Source of the DNA: Candidatus Latescibacterota bacterium
GTDB lineage: Bacteria > Latescibacterota > UBA2968 > GCA-2709665
Direction of reading: 5' to 3'
Assembly: GCA_965237675.1 (NCBI GenBank)
Contig: OZ250150.1
Span: 2,016,001 to 2,080,000 of the forward strand
Length of the DNA: 64,000 nt
This document shows, piece by piece, positions 30,365 through 39,818 of the stretch. The notes below the pieces were generated by a model. That model was not told where the DNA came from. It saw only the letters and a program-made list of their open reading frames with translations, and searched no databases. A program made the position numbers and the translations under genes. Numbering within the stretch: position 1 is the first letter of the stretch; every line of letters begins with the position of its first letter.

Positions 30365-31210
30365 ATGGTTACCTCCGAATCGATTGTTAGGGACGTTCTG
30401 GATGAGCCGGTCGAGTCGCTGGTTCGGGTGGAAGAGGGCTGGACGAATATCGTACTGGAGGTAGACGGAAAGTGGATATTTCGTTTTGTTCGGGACCTTT
30501 CGAATACGCAGCTTGCTATTGAACAGGCATTTTTACCGATCTTTAAGGGACATTCACCCCTTCCGATCCCGGAAGTACGGTATTCGGGCGCAAACTACAT
30601 CGCCTACGAAAAGATCGTTGGTGTCAAGTTTTCTGAGGCAATATTCCGGAATCTGGACAGGAATGAGAGAAGGACCCTGGCGGCAGCGTTGGTCGACTTC
30701 CTGTCCAGTCTCCACACCTTTTCATTCGAACACCGGCATCTCAAGACCGCTCCATTTGGCGGCGGTGATTTCTGGCGGGAGTTGTGGCCGGCCGCGTCTC
30801 CGCATCTCCAATCCCATACCCGGAAGAAAGCAGAGAGCTACTTCCATCGAGCATTGTCAAGAGTCGCGTCCGCCGCATACCGGAACACCGTCGCTCATTC
30901 GGACTTCGGTACCAGCAACGTCCTTCTCGACGCGGCTCGATCGGAAATTGCCGGGGTGATTGACTTTGGTGATATCAGTATCAGCGATCCGGCGACAGAT
31001 TTCGCAACGTCCTACCGCAGGTTCGGGAAGCCGTTCGCCGAGGATATGGCTGAAAACTACCGGTTGCCCCTGGGTGACGATTTCTGGACGAGGGTGGATT
31101 ACGAGTCGAAGCGGAAGCTCTTTTTCGTTGCCTTTTTCGCTCTGAATTGCGCGTTTGAGGAGTACGTGCCTGGGATTGTCCGGGCTATTGAATCCCAGTT
31201 TGCAGAGTGA
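30365..31210 (+). CDS. Aminoglycoside phosphotransferase (APH) family kinase
   Basis: EGWTN, WIFRF, HSDFGTSNVL, GVIDFGD, DPATDF. Confidence 0.85.
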   Translation: MVTSESIVRDVLDEPVESLVRVEEGWTNIVLEVDGKWIFRFVRDLSNTQLAIEQAFLPIFKGHSPLPIPEVRYSGANYIAYEKIVGVKFSEAIFRNLDRNERRTLAAALVDFLSSLHTFSFEHRHLKTAPFGGGDFWRELWPAASPHLQSHTRKKAESYFHRALSRVASAAYRNTVAHSDFGTSNVLLDAARSEIAGVIDFGDISISDPATDFATSYRRFGKPFAEDMAENYRLPLGDDFWTRVDYESKRKLFFVAFFALNCAFEEYVPGIVRAIESQFAE

Positions 31211-31593
31211 TAGGCTCGTCAATTCCGGTATTTCCCCACAATTCAGCGAGAACCTGCAGCGTCGTCGCGCGTGATTGGAATTCCTCCCCAACGTTTGGGT
31301 GGGCAATCGAAACTACATCAGTTGGCTCGTTTTTGTTGTTACATTCCGTAGAAAAAAACGGCCCCACAACTCCTTTGTATGAAGGAATGTGGGGTCTATT
31401 CAACGATGGCGTGTTTTCGCCGAAAGTCAAGTAGAATTAAGCTTGTTTTTCTTCGTCTGCCATTGCCCTTATCTATTTTTGGCCAAGCTTCAATATCAGT
31501 CTGATATACGTATCCATAGAACTATGTGGACCAATGTGAAGGGGTCTAAACGTCTCATTAACCTCAATTCGAAAAAAGACAACAGTCAAATTG

Positions 31594-31622
31594 GCCACAA
31601 AAAGCACAAAAGGCACAGAAGG
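31594..31622 (+). repeat. 9-bp-period GCCACAAAAAGCACA repeat
   Basis: Also at 34642-34670 (+) and 34575-34602 (-). Confidence 0.65.
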
Positions 31623-31761
31623 TACCGGTGCAAAACGGGGTATTAAGGTCGTCCGGAAGGACATTTTTCCGTTCACGTCCAGTGACTTGGTGTATCCTGG
31701 TAATCCGCCGTCTAATCGCCTTTATTAACTAGCACATATTCGAATTAACGTCCACGAAAAC

Positions 31762-31995
31762 TTACGAATCAAGGTTAAGTATTGAGAAGGCCATCCTGAA
31801 ATTCTTATTCAATCGAACTTGATAAAAAAAATCTATCTTTTTAAGCCTTCTTCCTCTCGGTAAATGTCCTTTTTCTATCTCAATATAGAGCCTGCGCACT
31901 TCTTCTTGTATTTGTGGAGGGAGTTTTTTGAATTGTTTTCTTGTTTTTGAACGACTGTCTGGATCCTCAAAGTATTTTACTGGAGGGAGTTTCAT
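31762..31995 (-). CDS. RelE/ParE-like toxin, possibly C-terminally truncated
   Basis: Basic 77 aa, KQFKKLPPQIQ...LKKI..FYQVRLNKNFRMAF; AT-rich. Confidence 0.62.
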   Translation of the reverse strand: MKLPPVKYFEDPDSRSKTRKQFKKLPPQIQEEVRRLYIEIEKGHLPRGRRLKKIDFFYQVRLNKNFRMAFSILNLDS

Positions 31996-32123
31996 TCCCG
32001 ATATCTTTATTCCCACAATGCCTTTAAGGCTTCATTTGCTGAATTATGAATTTTGGGGGAATGAGTTCGTCGTGTGTTATAGATAACGCTCATTCGCCAA
32101 TGACTTTCCCTTAAAACACTTAA

Positions 32124-33811
32124 CCCGATTAATTCATGAATCGTCAGATAGAGCATTTTAAGGAAGCAGAAAGAGCTTCCGAGTGAGACAAGAAACGAAA
32201 GCGCATGGGCTGTGACGGATTTGGCGTGTTCAAGCCGTTTGGGCGGCGCCTGCTTTGCCTCGTGACGTCAGGTTGACCTCGATGCCCGTGTCAAGCGCAC
32301 AGACTTCTCCATGACCTTTGGTGGTGGTCGATGCAAATGTGAAGGCGGGGTCAGCACGTCGATGGGTTATGGAACACCCGTTGCCAGATTATAGAGGATC
32401 TTGCCATAAAGGTGTTTGAGTGGAAACGCCGTTGGCAGATGGAACTTGATTTTAGTTTTCAACTCACAAACGCGCCCGGCGACTTTCAAGAGACGATTTT
32501 GCAGGGTATTGAACTGTGCGTTGGTCCACTTCGTGCCGCGCAATCCGATTGCAGCCAGGCTGTGCATCAGGACATAGGCGGCGCTGTGGAGAAAGAGACG
32601 GAAGTGATTGGCCTGGAAGGTGTGACAAGAGGTGCGATCGGAATGGAGAAAGGTCTTGTGATTTTTGATGAAGTTTTCCATCCTGCCGCGTGTGCAATAG
32701 GCGGTTTTGTAGATGAATGACGGTTGGGCGCGCTTCAGGTTGGTGACCACGAATCGGATATTGACACCTTGCGGTGTCACTTCCGCCTTGCAGACGATGC
32801 GTTGTGGACACGCCCAGGTGCCGGCCTGATAGGCCCAACAGCGATAAAGGCGCACGGTTTCTCCGGAATCGGCATACCGCGTTTTGGCCTGGTCTATCAA
32901 GGACTGTGCCTTCCGCAGGAGTTTGGCGTTGCCGTTCTGTCCGAGGACAAAATACACATCTTCTTCCTCACACAACACGTGCACTTCCGGACACGAAAAA
33001 TGCGCATCGCCACGTAACAGGATCTCCACGTCGGGCCAGGCTTTACGCAGGTAGGCGATCACCCGTTTGAGGATGGTGACGATCTCTTTACCCGCAGGCC
33101 GCCTGCCAGGACGCAAGACCGTCGTGATCAACTTGCCGGTTTGGCCTTCATAGATATGCAGGGGCTGGTAGCAATAGCCATTGAAATACGCATTGAACAA
33201 CGACAACTGTTGAGACCCATGCACCTTGTCTTCGGTGTCATCGATGTCCAACAGAATGGCTTCCGGCGGTTCCTCATACGAGGCGACAAACACATCCGCA
33301 AAGGCCTTGGCGATCCGATACAAATCGGTTCTGCTGATGCGGTTCTCGAACCGACTCATCGTGGGCTGACTGGCCAGGTCCGCGCCAGACAACGGCAACC
33401 GATCACAGGCCGCCTTGAAGCCGGGGTCCTCGCGTAACGTCTTGCAATCATTCGCATCCTCATACCCACAGGCCATCTGAAAGACACGTTGTTTGATCAG
33501 GTCCATCATCGAATGATGTACGTAACTTTGATGTCGATGATCGGTGAGCGCCGCAACCATCCGATGCAAAATGCCGACATTGGCCTCGACCTCACGAAGC
33601 AGCATCACCCCGACGTCGGTCGTCAGCACGCCCCCGTCGAACGTGGCTTCTACCTGCCTACCAGAAAGACTTGCGAAAGACAACCTGTGATGTTTATCTT
33701 GAACTCCCACGGTAGTTTCCTCCTGTTTCATTGTTATTAGGTTATTTGCGTAACCATAATATAATACAATGACTTGGGTATGGAAACTACCTTTTTTGTG
33801 AATTATTCAGG
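32124..33811 (-). mobile_element. IS1380-family insertion sequence, copy 2 (1688 bp)
   Basis: Same termini as copy 1; perfect TTAA target duplication (32120-32123, 33812-33815). Confidence 0.95.
32367..33731 (-). CDS. IS1380-family DDE transposase
   Basis: Protein identical to 17442..18806. Confidence 0.94.
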   Translation of the reverse strand: MKQEETTVGVQDKHHRLSFASLSGRQVEATFDGGVLTTDVGVMLLREVEANVGILHRMVAALTDHRHQSYVHHSMMDLIKQRVFQMACGYEDANDCKTLREDPGFKAACDRLPLSGADLASQPTMSRFENRISRTDLYRIAKAFADVFVASYEEPPEAILLDIDDTEDKVHGSQQLSLFNAYFNGYCYQPLHIYEGQTGKLITTVLRPGRRPAGKEIVTILKRVIAYLRKAWPDVEILLRGDAHFSCPEVHVLCEEEDVYFVLGQNGNAKLLRKAQSLIDQAKTRYADSGETVRLYRCWAYQAGTWACPQRIVCKAEVTPQGVNIRFVVTNLKRAQPSFIYKTAYCTRGRMENFIKNHKTFLHSDRTSCHTFQANHFRLFLHSAAYVLMHSLAAIGLRGTKWTNAQFNTLQNRLLKVAGRVCELKTKIKFHLPTAFPLKHLYGKILYNLATGVP

Positions 33812-34429
33812 TTAAGATGTGATCCATGTTTTTCATTGTCCTGTTTGCAATTTTTGTGAATTTGCGTATTTCTATTGCCGCTCCAGGAAATCTCTTTCTA
33901 CATTCCCTCATTTTCATTATTGCAGATCTTATCCTATTCTTCCAATCAACATAGTCTGTTTCTCTTTTTTCAGTAAATTCCAAATAACTCGCAATTCTAT
34001 TGAAAGAATCTTCGTCAAGAGAATCTATGTCGACTATTTCTAATGTTCCTATAAAAAAAGCATACTTGGAACGCAGGATTTCGACCATGTCATTATTTAT
34101 TTCCTGCATATCTTTGCAAAGGCGTTTGACACCGGCTCTGACATATTGAGTCTTTTCCTTTTGCACTTTATAAGAGTCACAAATTTCATCTACTGCGGTG
34201 ATATTTATAGGCAATTTGTCTTCCAAAGCCTTTGTTTCAGGAAATGTAATCACCTCTGCCATTCCGATATCCCCTTTCCGATTGGGGCTGTTGAGCGTTC
34301 GCGTCAAAATTAATATATCGTAGTTACGTATACGCGGCAAGGATAAGTTAAGATAGCTGAATCGCAATACTTCCTCTGAAATGATATGACATAGACTTTC
34401 CGTTCAACATGAATTTGTATAGGCAAGGT

Positions 34430-34573
34430 CACTGCTGTCCAAGATAATTTGGCAACGACGATTTTGGGCGGGTAAGTACCTGGTTTTCTTGAAAGTCGTT
34501 TCGTAGCGCCAATACAGGTCACCTTCTTTAGGCCAATGCTGTCCAAGAATGAAGCCGATTTCGGACAGGTGTG
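34430..34573. mobile_element. 144-bp MITE, copy 1
   Basis: Ends CACTGCTGTCCAA / CACACCTGTCCGA (reverse complement); differs from copy 2 at 2 positions. Confidence 0.72.
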
Positions 34574-34775
34574 ACCTTTTGTGTTTTTGTGCCTTTTGTG
34601 GCAAATGTTTTTTCGCGGCAAACTGGTAGAGCAGGACAATAGCCACAAAAAGCACAGAAGGCACAGAAGGACTACAAGCCAACCGGTGGGTGAAGAAACG
34701 CCTGCAGTCCGTATGAAATATTGGCGTTTTTCGTAGTTATTCAGCCGTTCACGGAATAAACTTTTTACCCTATGT

Positions 34776-34919
34776 CACTGCTGTCCAAGATAATTTGGCA
34801 ACGACGATTTTGGGCGCGTAAGTACCTGGTTTTCTTGAAAGTCGTTTCGTAGCGCCAATACAGGTCACCTTCTTTAGGCCAATGCTGTCCAAGAATGAAG
34901 CCGATTTTGGACAGGTGTG
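34776..34919. mobile_element. 144-bp MITE, copy 2
   Basis: Direct repeat of 34430-34573; ends CACTGCTGTCCAA / CACACCTGTCCAA. Confidence 0.72.
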
Positions 34920-35030
34920 AGGCAAGGTATAATAACCCAGTGTAAGCGCCGAAAGTGAGGCCGCAGGTCGAGCGAAGGGTGAACCTTTGCAAGCCGGCGG
35001 GACTTTAGGGCATAAACGAAGGATCTCGAA

Positions 35031-35576
35031 ATGTTGCCAGAGCTGATCGAAACGGACCGGTTGAGACTCAGGCTGCCCAGCCTGAAGGATGTTGAAGATG
35101 TCCTGGCGTACGCATCCAATGCGGATTGGGCGCGCTACCTTCCGGTTCCTCAGCCCTACACGAGAGCCGACGCCGAGAATTTCCTGGCGGGACAACTGTT
35201 GCAAGATCCCAAGAAACGCGTGCAGTGGGCGATTGAACACGCCGGATCCGCTATCGGCGGAATCAATATCCGGTTTGACTTTGAGAATCGCGTCGGCACA
35301 TTAGGTTATAGCGTTGCCAGGCGCCATTGGGGGAAAGGGTTGGCCACGGAAGCCGTTGGAGCGGTGATCGACGAAGCGTTTACGGTCCATCCGGACTTGA
35401 ATCGCATTCAAGCTTCGGCCGATGAGAGAAACATCGGTTCCCTACGCGTCATGGAGAAACTTGGGATGGTCCGGGAGGGTGTCCTGCGCGAGGATCAATA
35501 TCTGAGAGGGGAATTCAGAAACACGGTGTGGTGCGGCTTGTTGCGTTGTGAATGGGAAGCTCGCAAGAATAGGTGA
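35031..35576 (+). CDS. RimJ/RimL-like GNAT N-acetyltransferase
   Basis: IETDRLRLR, LGYSV...HWGKGLATEA, NIGSLRVMEKLGM..EG. Confidence 0.9.
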   Translation: MLPELIETDRLRLRLPSLKDVEDVLAYASNADWARYLPVPQPYTRADAENFLAGQLLQDPKKRVQWAIEHAGSAIGGINIRFDFENRVGTLGYSVARRHWGKGLATEAVGAVIDEAFTVHPDLNRIQASADERNIGSLRVMEKLGMVREGVLREDQYLRGEFRNTVWCGLLRCEWEARKNR

Positions 35577-36094
35577 AAGAGACGATGCGAATCAGTCTGA
35601 AAAAGGCACTTATTGCAGACGCGGAAGCTATTCACCGGCTTCAGGTTGAATCGTTCCTGCCGCTGCTCCACAAGTATCGGGATTCCGATACGAATCCAGC
35701 CAACGACGGTGTCGAACGAATTATCGCCAGACTGAAACAGCCCCATACGACTTACTACCTCATCATGCTCGATGGCGTCCGCATCGGAGCGATCAGAACA
35801 ATCTACGATGGCGAGGCCAGACGGGCGAGAATCAGTCCCATGTTTATCGTTCCAGAGCATCAAAGGAAGGGGTATGGTCAGGATACCATCGCGCTTGTTG
35901 AGGATGTTGTTGATGCGGAATACTGGGAACTCGAGACGATCCTGCAGGAGAAAGGCAACTGTCATTTCTATGAGAAAATGGGTTGTCGGAGAACTGGAAT
36001 CGCCCGGGAGATCAATTCCAGAATGACCATTGTATCCTATGTGAAATCAACGGGTGGAGGAAAGACCAATGGGCGACCTGGAAAAGTATATTGA
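35573..36094 (+). CDS. GNAT family N-acetyltransferase
   Basis: FIVPEHQRKGYG, NCHFYEKMG. Confidence 0.85.
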   Translation: MKETMRISLKKALIADAEAIHRLQVESFLPLLHKYRDSDTNPANDGVERIIARLKQPHTTYYLIMLDGVRIGAIRTIYDGEARRARISPMFIVPEHQRKGYGQDTIALVEDVVDAEYWELETILQEKGNCHFYEKMGCRRTGIAREINSRMTIVSYVKSTGGGKTNGRPGKVY

Positions 36095-36344
36095 GAAACG
36101 CAAAGCAAGAGACCCCGAATTCGCCGCGAATTACGAAAGCGGTTATCTGGAATTCAAGATCGGTGTTTTGCTCCGACAAGCCCGAAGAGACGCCGGTCTG
36201 ACACAGGAGGAGGTGGCAAAAAAGCTGAATACAAAGAGGTCCGCAATTTCGAGAATGGAAAACCATGCACAGGACATCAGACTGTCGACTATGGGGAAGT
36301 ATGCAAGAGCGATTGGAAGGAAATTGCACTTTTCGGTGGGATAG
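36069..36344 (+). CDS. XRE HTH protein (HigA-like antitoxin, no adjacent toxin)
   Basis: DPEF, ARRDAGLTQEEVAKKLNTKRSAISRMEN; GGAGG RBS. Confidence 0.82.
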   Translation: MGDLEKYIEKRKARDPEFAANYESGYLEFKIGVLLRQARRDAGLTQEEVAKKLNTKRSAISRMENHAQDIRLSTMGKYARAIGRKLHFSVG

Positions 36345-36388
36345 GTAAGACATACTCTGCGCAGCCTGAACCTGCCCTCTGAGCCGCT

Positions 36389-36430
36389 CCCTGAGCTTGC
36401 GGTCCCTGAGCCTGTCGAAGGGTCGAAGGG
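36389..36430. repeat. Nested CCCTGAGCYTGTCGAAGGG REP-like palindromes
   Basis: One full unit sits inside a split outer unit; related cluster at 51801-51864. Confidence 0.55.
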
Positions 36431-36498
36431 TCGGCCGAAGTGTGTCAGATGCTGTGCGCTGTAGCGGCTCCGGGAAACGCCAGAGAGGACTCTAAACA

Positions 36499-37227
36499 AT
36501 GACTGAACATGCGGGCAAGACGCTTGCAGGCAAAGGAGCGGTTATCACGGGCGCCGGTCGTGGCATCGGCCAGGCCATCGCGCTGGGTTACGCCCGGGTG
36601 GGCGCATCGATCTGTTGCGCGGCGAGAACCGAAACCGAAATCCAGGAAACGGCACGTCGGATTCGAGGGGAGGGTGGAACCGCGGTCTCATTCCAAACCG
36701 ACATAACGCAATGGCCTGCGGTACAGGCGCTTTTCGATTTTGCGGAATCCGAACTCGGCGGAATCGACATCGCGGTGTTGAATGCAGGGGTGAATCTCAA
36801 TCACGGCGCCGTCGAGGATAGCGATCCGGCGGCCTGGGAGGAAACCATTCGCACCAATCTGCTTGGCGCGTACTATTGCGCCAGGGCGGCAATTCCGGCC
36901 ATGAAGAAGCGGGGCGGCGGAAAGATCATCACGATTGGTTCCGGCATGGGCCACAGGGGATTCGCGGAAAGTTCGGCATACTGCTGCTCGAAGGCCGGTC
37001 TCTGGATGTTGACGCGTGTTCTAGCACAGGAACTCTGGCAGCACAATATCAGCGTCAACGAACTCATCCCCGGGCCGGTACGAACCGAAATGGACGCGGT
37101 ACTCGACATCGAGAGCGAGTGGATCAAGTCTCCTGAGGACGTCGTGCCGATGGCGCTTTTTCTGGCGACGCAACCCGATATCGGGCCGACCGCGCAGAGT
37201 TACAGTCTGATGCGGCGGGATACATAA
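36499..37227 (+). CDS. SDR family oxidoreductase
   Basis: TGAGRGIG, LNAG, YCCSK, PGPVRT. Confidence 0.92.
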   Translation: MTEHAGKTLAGKGAVITGAGRGIGQAIALGYARVGASICCAARTETEIQETARRIRGEGGTAVSFQTDITQWPAVQALFDFAESELGGIDIAVLNAGVNLNHGAVEDSDPAAWEETIRTNLLGAYYCARAAIPAMKKRGGGKIITIGSGMGHRGFAESSAYCCSKAGLWMLTRVLAQELWQHNISVNELIPGPVRTEMDAVLDIESEWIKSPEDVVPMALFLATQPDIGPTAQSYSLMRRDT

Positions 37228-38270
37228 TGAGTGTGCAGCTGGCCAGCATGAAGGATATCCGGGCCTTATTCCGCAATAAGCCGGATCTTTCCCGAGCCCG
37301 GATCGATGCGCTCCTCGAGAAACACGGCTTCAGTTCGTCCCGGACTATTCAGCGCCTGGATGGCAATTTCACAAATCTGACTCTTGATGTGGAAACTCAA
37401 GCCCACGGCCGTGTATTCCTCAAGATGCAATTCCGGCGAACCCGCGGCTTCAGTCTGGAGGCCGAGTTCATCGCCACACGGGCGTTGCAGGCGGCCGCCG
37501 ACGTTCCCGTGTCTGAGTCCCTGGTGTACGACGGCGACGGGGAACCGCTTCCGTTTGAATGTCTATTGATCCCCCATGAACCTGGTGAGCCGGGCCTTGG
37601 CTTCTACAGGGGCGCATCCCGGGCGCAGCGACTGCAGTTGGGCGCCCTGCTGGGCGAGACCCTGGCGCGCGTGCATAGCCAGCAATGTCCGGAAGCGCTT
37701 CAGGCGGAGCATACGAGGGACCTGGCACGTTGGGAGGGGACGGTCCGGGATGCGTTGTTCGGAGACGAGGCGCTGGCTTCTTCCCTTGCGGTAACCCTGC
37801 CCGAACTGTGGGGCAGGGTGCAGGCCGCCATGGAACGCGCGCCCGATGTGAGGATACGCGGCGGTAACGTCTTCCTGTGGGGAGAACCCGGACTCCACAA
37901 CGTGCTCGTGATGAACGGCGGTTCGCTGCAAATCACAAACGCGCATGATTTCCAGTCGGCCGGATGGGGAACGGCGATCCTCGACCTGCAGCAGGTCGAA
38001 GGCGAAACCCTGGCCAGGCCGGGGTCGGATTACTATGAATCCGGTTACGTCGATGCATTTCGATCTTCCTACGAGGCCGCCGTCGAAAAACCTGTCGCGC
38101 GGTTATCGCAACACGAGGAAAAGCTTCTGGCAATTGTCAAGAATATCCGCGGGATCAGGTTTTTCTGGGACTGCGGAAGTCTTCTCCACCCCAGGACACC
38201 TGAGTTCCTGGGCGCCGCGGTTACCGATCTCGAGAGTCTGCGTCTCGGGCAGGACGAGTATTCCTCCTGA
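37227..38270 (+). CDS. APH/choline-kinase-like phosphotransferase, divergent
   Basis: VFLK, LARVH, WGEPGLHNVL (variant of HGD...N), HDFQ. Confidence 0.62.
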   Translation: MSVQLASMKDIRALFRNKPDLSRARIDALLEKHGFSSSRTIQRLDGNFTNLTLDVETQAHGRVFLKMQFRRTRGFSLEAEFIATRALQAAADVPVSESLVYDGDGEPLPFECLLIPHEPGEPGLGFYRGASRAQRLQLGALLGETLARVHSQQCPEALQAEHTRDLARWEGTVRDALFGDEALASSLAVTLPELWGRVQAAMERAPDVRIRGGNVFLWGEPGLHNVLVMNGGSLQITNAHDFQSAGWGTAILDLQQVEGETLARPGSDYYESGYVDAFRSSYEAAVEKPVARLSQHEEKLLAIVKNIRGIRFFWDCGSLLHPRTPEFLGAAVTDLESLRLGQDEYSS

Positions 38271-38283
38271 CACCAGTTGAGGT

Positions 38284-38818
38284 GTGACGCGGCTATTCAC
38301 CATCGCCGGCAACAAGTACCGTATGATTGCCTCCATTCATTTCAATCGGGGCAAAGTATATATCCATCATGTGCGTACGCAAAATGCCTACTTCCGCGGA
38401 GGATTGGAGGACATGAACTTCTTTACCCCACAGCTTCAGCGATCCTGGACGCACGTGAGCGCCTTACTTGAGATTCGAAACGAGCGTGATTACGATATGG
38501 CTGTGGAGCGCCTTAACAGCCTCATTGACGAGGTAGGCACGGATGAGGAAACATCCGCTCCATTCTCTGCTTGATACGCTAGGCGCCGTTGTCCATGCTT
38601 GGGAGGAACACCATCATCCCATGCCCCGGGTCAATGGCAGAGATGTGCTTAGATTGCTCATGGAGGTACATAACTTGACGCAGGCGGAACTGCCAGAGGT
38701 GGGTTCGCAAGGGGTTGTTTCGGAGATTCTGGGTGGCCGCCGAGAGCTGAACATCCGGCAGATTCGTGCTCTGTCCGACCGTTTCTGCGTATCACCGTCG
38801 GCTTTTGTATACCATTAA
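38284..38818 (+). pseudogene. Degenerate HigB-HigA module
   Basis: Only the HigB C-terminus (FTIAGNKYRMI) remains and runs in frame into HigA (ATG 38413); HigA frameshifted near 38548 (LTQAELPEVGSQGVVSEILGGRRELN in second frame). Confidence 0.8.
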
Positions 38819-38943
38819 TCTCCGGCGAACGCCCGCCCTGAAACACCCTGCCGCCACCTTCGGTCCTTGCGGTGTTCAAGCCGCGACCTGCGAATCAGAC
38901 AAAACAAACAGTAAGACCCGCATCAACGGAAGGAGATTCCGGA

Positions 38944-39684
38944 ATGGGACGATACCAGGCATATGACCCCTTTGCCCGCATTTACGACATGCACTGGAGC
39001 AATTTCGCAGAGAGGATTTACCCGGTACTGGATCGTCTCGTGCTGGGGCATCTCCCGAGAGGCTGCGCCGTTATGGATCTCTGTTGCGGTACCGGACAGC
39101 TTGCCGCGGTGCTTTCCGCTAAGGGATACGCTACGACTGGCGTGGATGGGTCCGAGGGGATGGTCGAGATCGCGAGGAAAAACGCGCCGGACGTGGCGTT
39201 CTTCGTGCAGGACGCCCGAAACATCTCCCTGAACCGTCAATTTTCGGCGGTGTTCTCAACCTTCGACAGCCTCAACCACGTGATGAGCCTGGACGAACTG
39301 GAGCAGGTTTTTCGAAACGTGCACGCCGTCCTGGAAGAGGGCGGACACTTCGAATTCGACCTGAACATGGAAGAGGGCTACCTGCAGCGCTGGCGCGGTA
39401 GTTTTGGAATTGTGGAGGATGATCACGTATGTGTGGCCCGATCGTCGAGAGATGAAGAAAAAAGGATCGGACGGATGGACCTGACGGTGTTCGAGTCGGT
39501 GGTGACAGGCTGGATGCGGACCGACGTTTCCCTTCTGCAGCGCTGGTACCGGGAGAGCGATATCAGGGAGCGACTCTCGAGTGCTGGTTTCGTGGAGTTG
39601 CAGACGTTCGATGGAAAGGATCCGATCGTGGAGGGAGCAAAGGATTGCCCAGGCAGGATGTTTTTCGTAGCGAGAAAACCGTAG
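38944..39684 (+). CDS. Class I SAM-dependent methyltransferase
   Basis: MDLCCGTG motif I, GVDGS, FDSLNH; GGAG RBS. Confidence 0.9.
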   Translation: MGRYQAYDPFARIYDMHWSNFAERIYPVLDRLVLGHLPRGCAVMDLCCGTGQLAAVLSAKGYATTGVDGSEGMVEIARKNAPDVAFFVQDARNISLNRQFSAVFSTFDSLNHVMSLDELEQVFRNVHAVLEEGGHFEFDLNMEEGYLQRWRGSFGIVEDDHVCVARSSRDEEKRIGRMDLTVFESVVTGWMRTDVSLLQRWYRESDIRERLSSAGFVELQTFDGKDPIVEGAKDCPGRMFFVARKP

Positions 39685-39818
39685 GATCGACCGTCGGAGG
39701 GGAGCGTGAGACGCGCTGGATACCGGGCTGAGTGGGGAGAGGGCCACGTTCTGTGTCGAGGGCGAGATGTCCTCGGTTGCTGGTCTTGCGGCTTCTCAGC
39801 CCGGATACCGCGTGGGGT

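Larger units (their letters stand above)
32007..34262 (-). pseudogene. AT-rich 187-aa ORF (putative antitoxin partner) split by IS1380 copy 2
   Basis: Removing the IS and one TTAA restores a continuous frame ...NMDHIL/SVLRESHW...SANEALKALWE* ending 11 nt before the RelE-like ATG. Confidence 0.75.

Noticed and set aside
22217-31210. Bona fide aminoglycoside resistance genes
   Set aside because: Family-level motifs only; AAC(3)/YokD and APH-like proteins often have other substrates, so resistance cannot be claimed.
17199-33811. IS1380 composite transposon carrying resistance-like genes
   Set aside because: Copy 2 has its own TTAA duplication inside a gene, and the outer flanks (CTAG, TTAA) do not match, so the insertions were independent.
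15889-39684. Classical integron
   Set aside because: No tyrosine integrase and no recurring RYYYAAC...GTTRRRY attC structure visible by eye.
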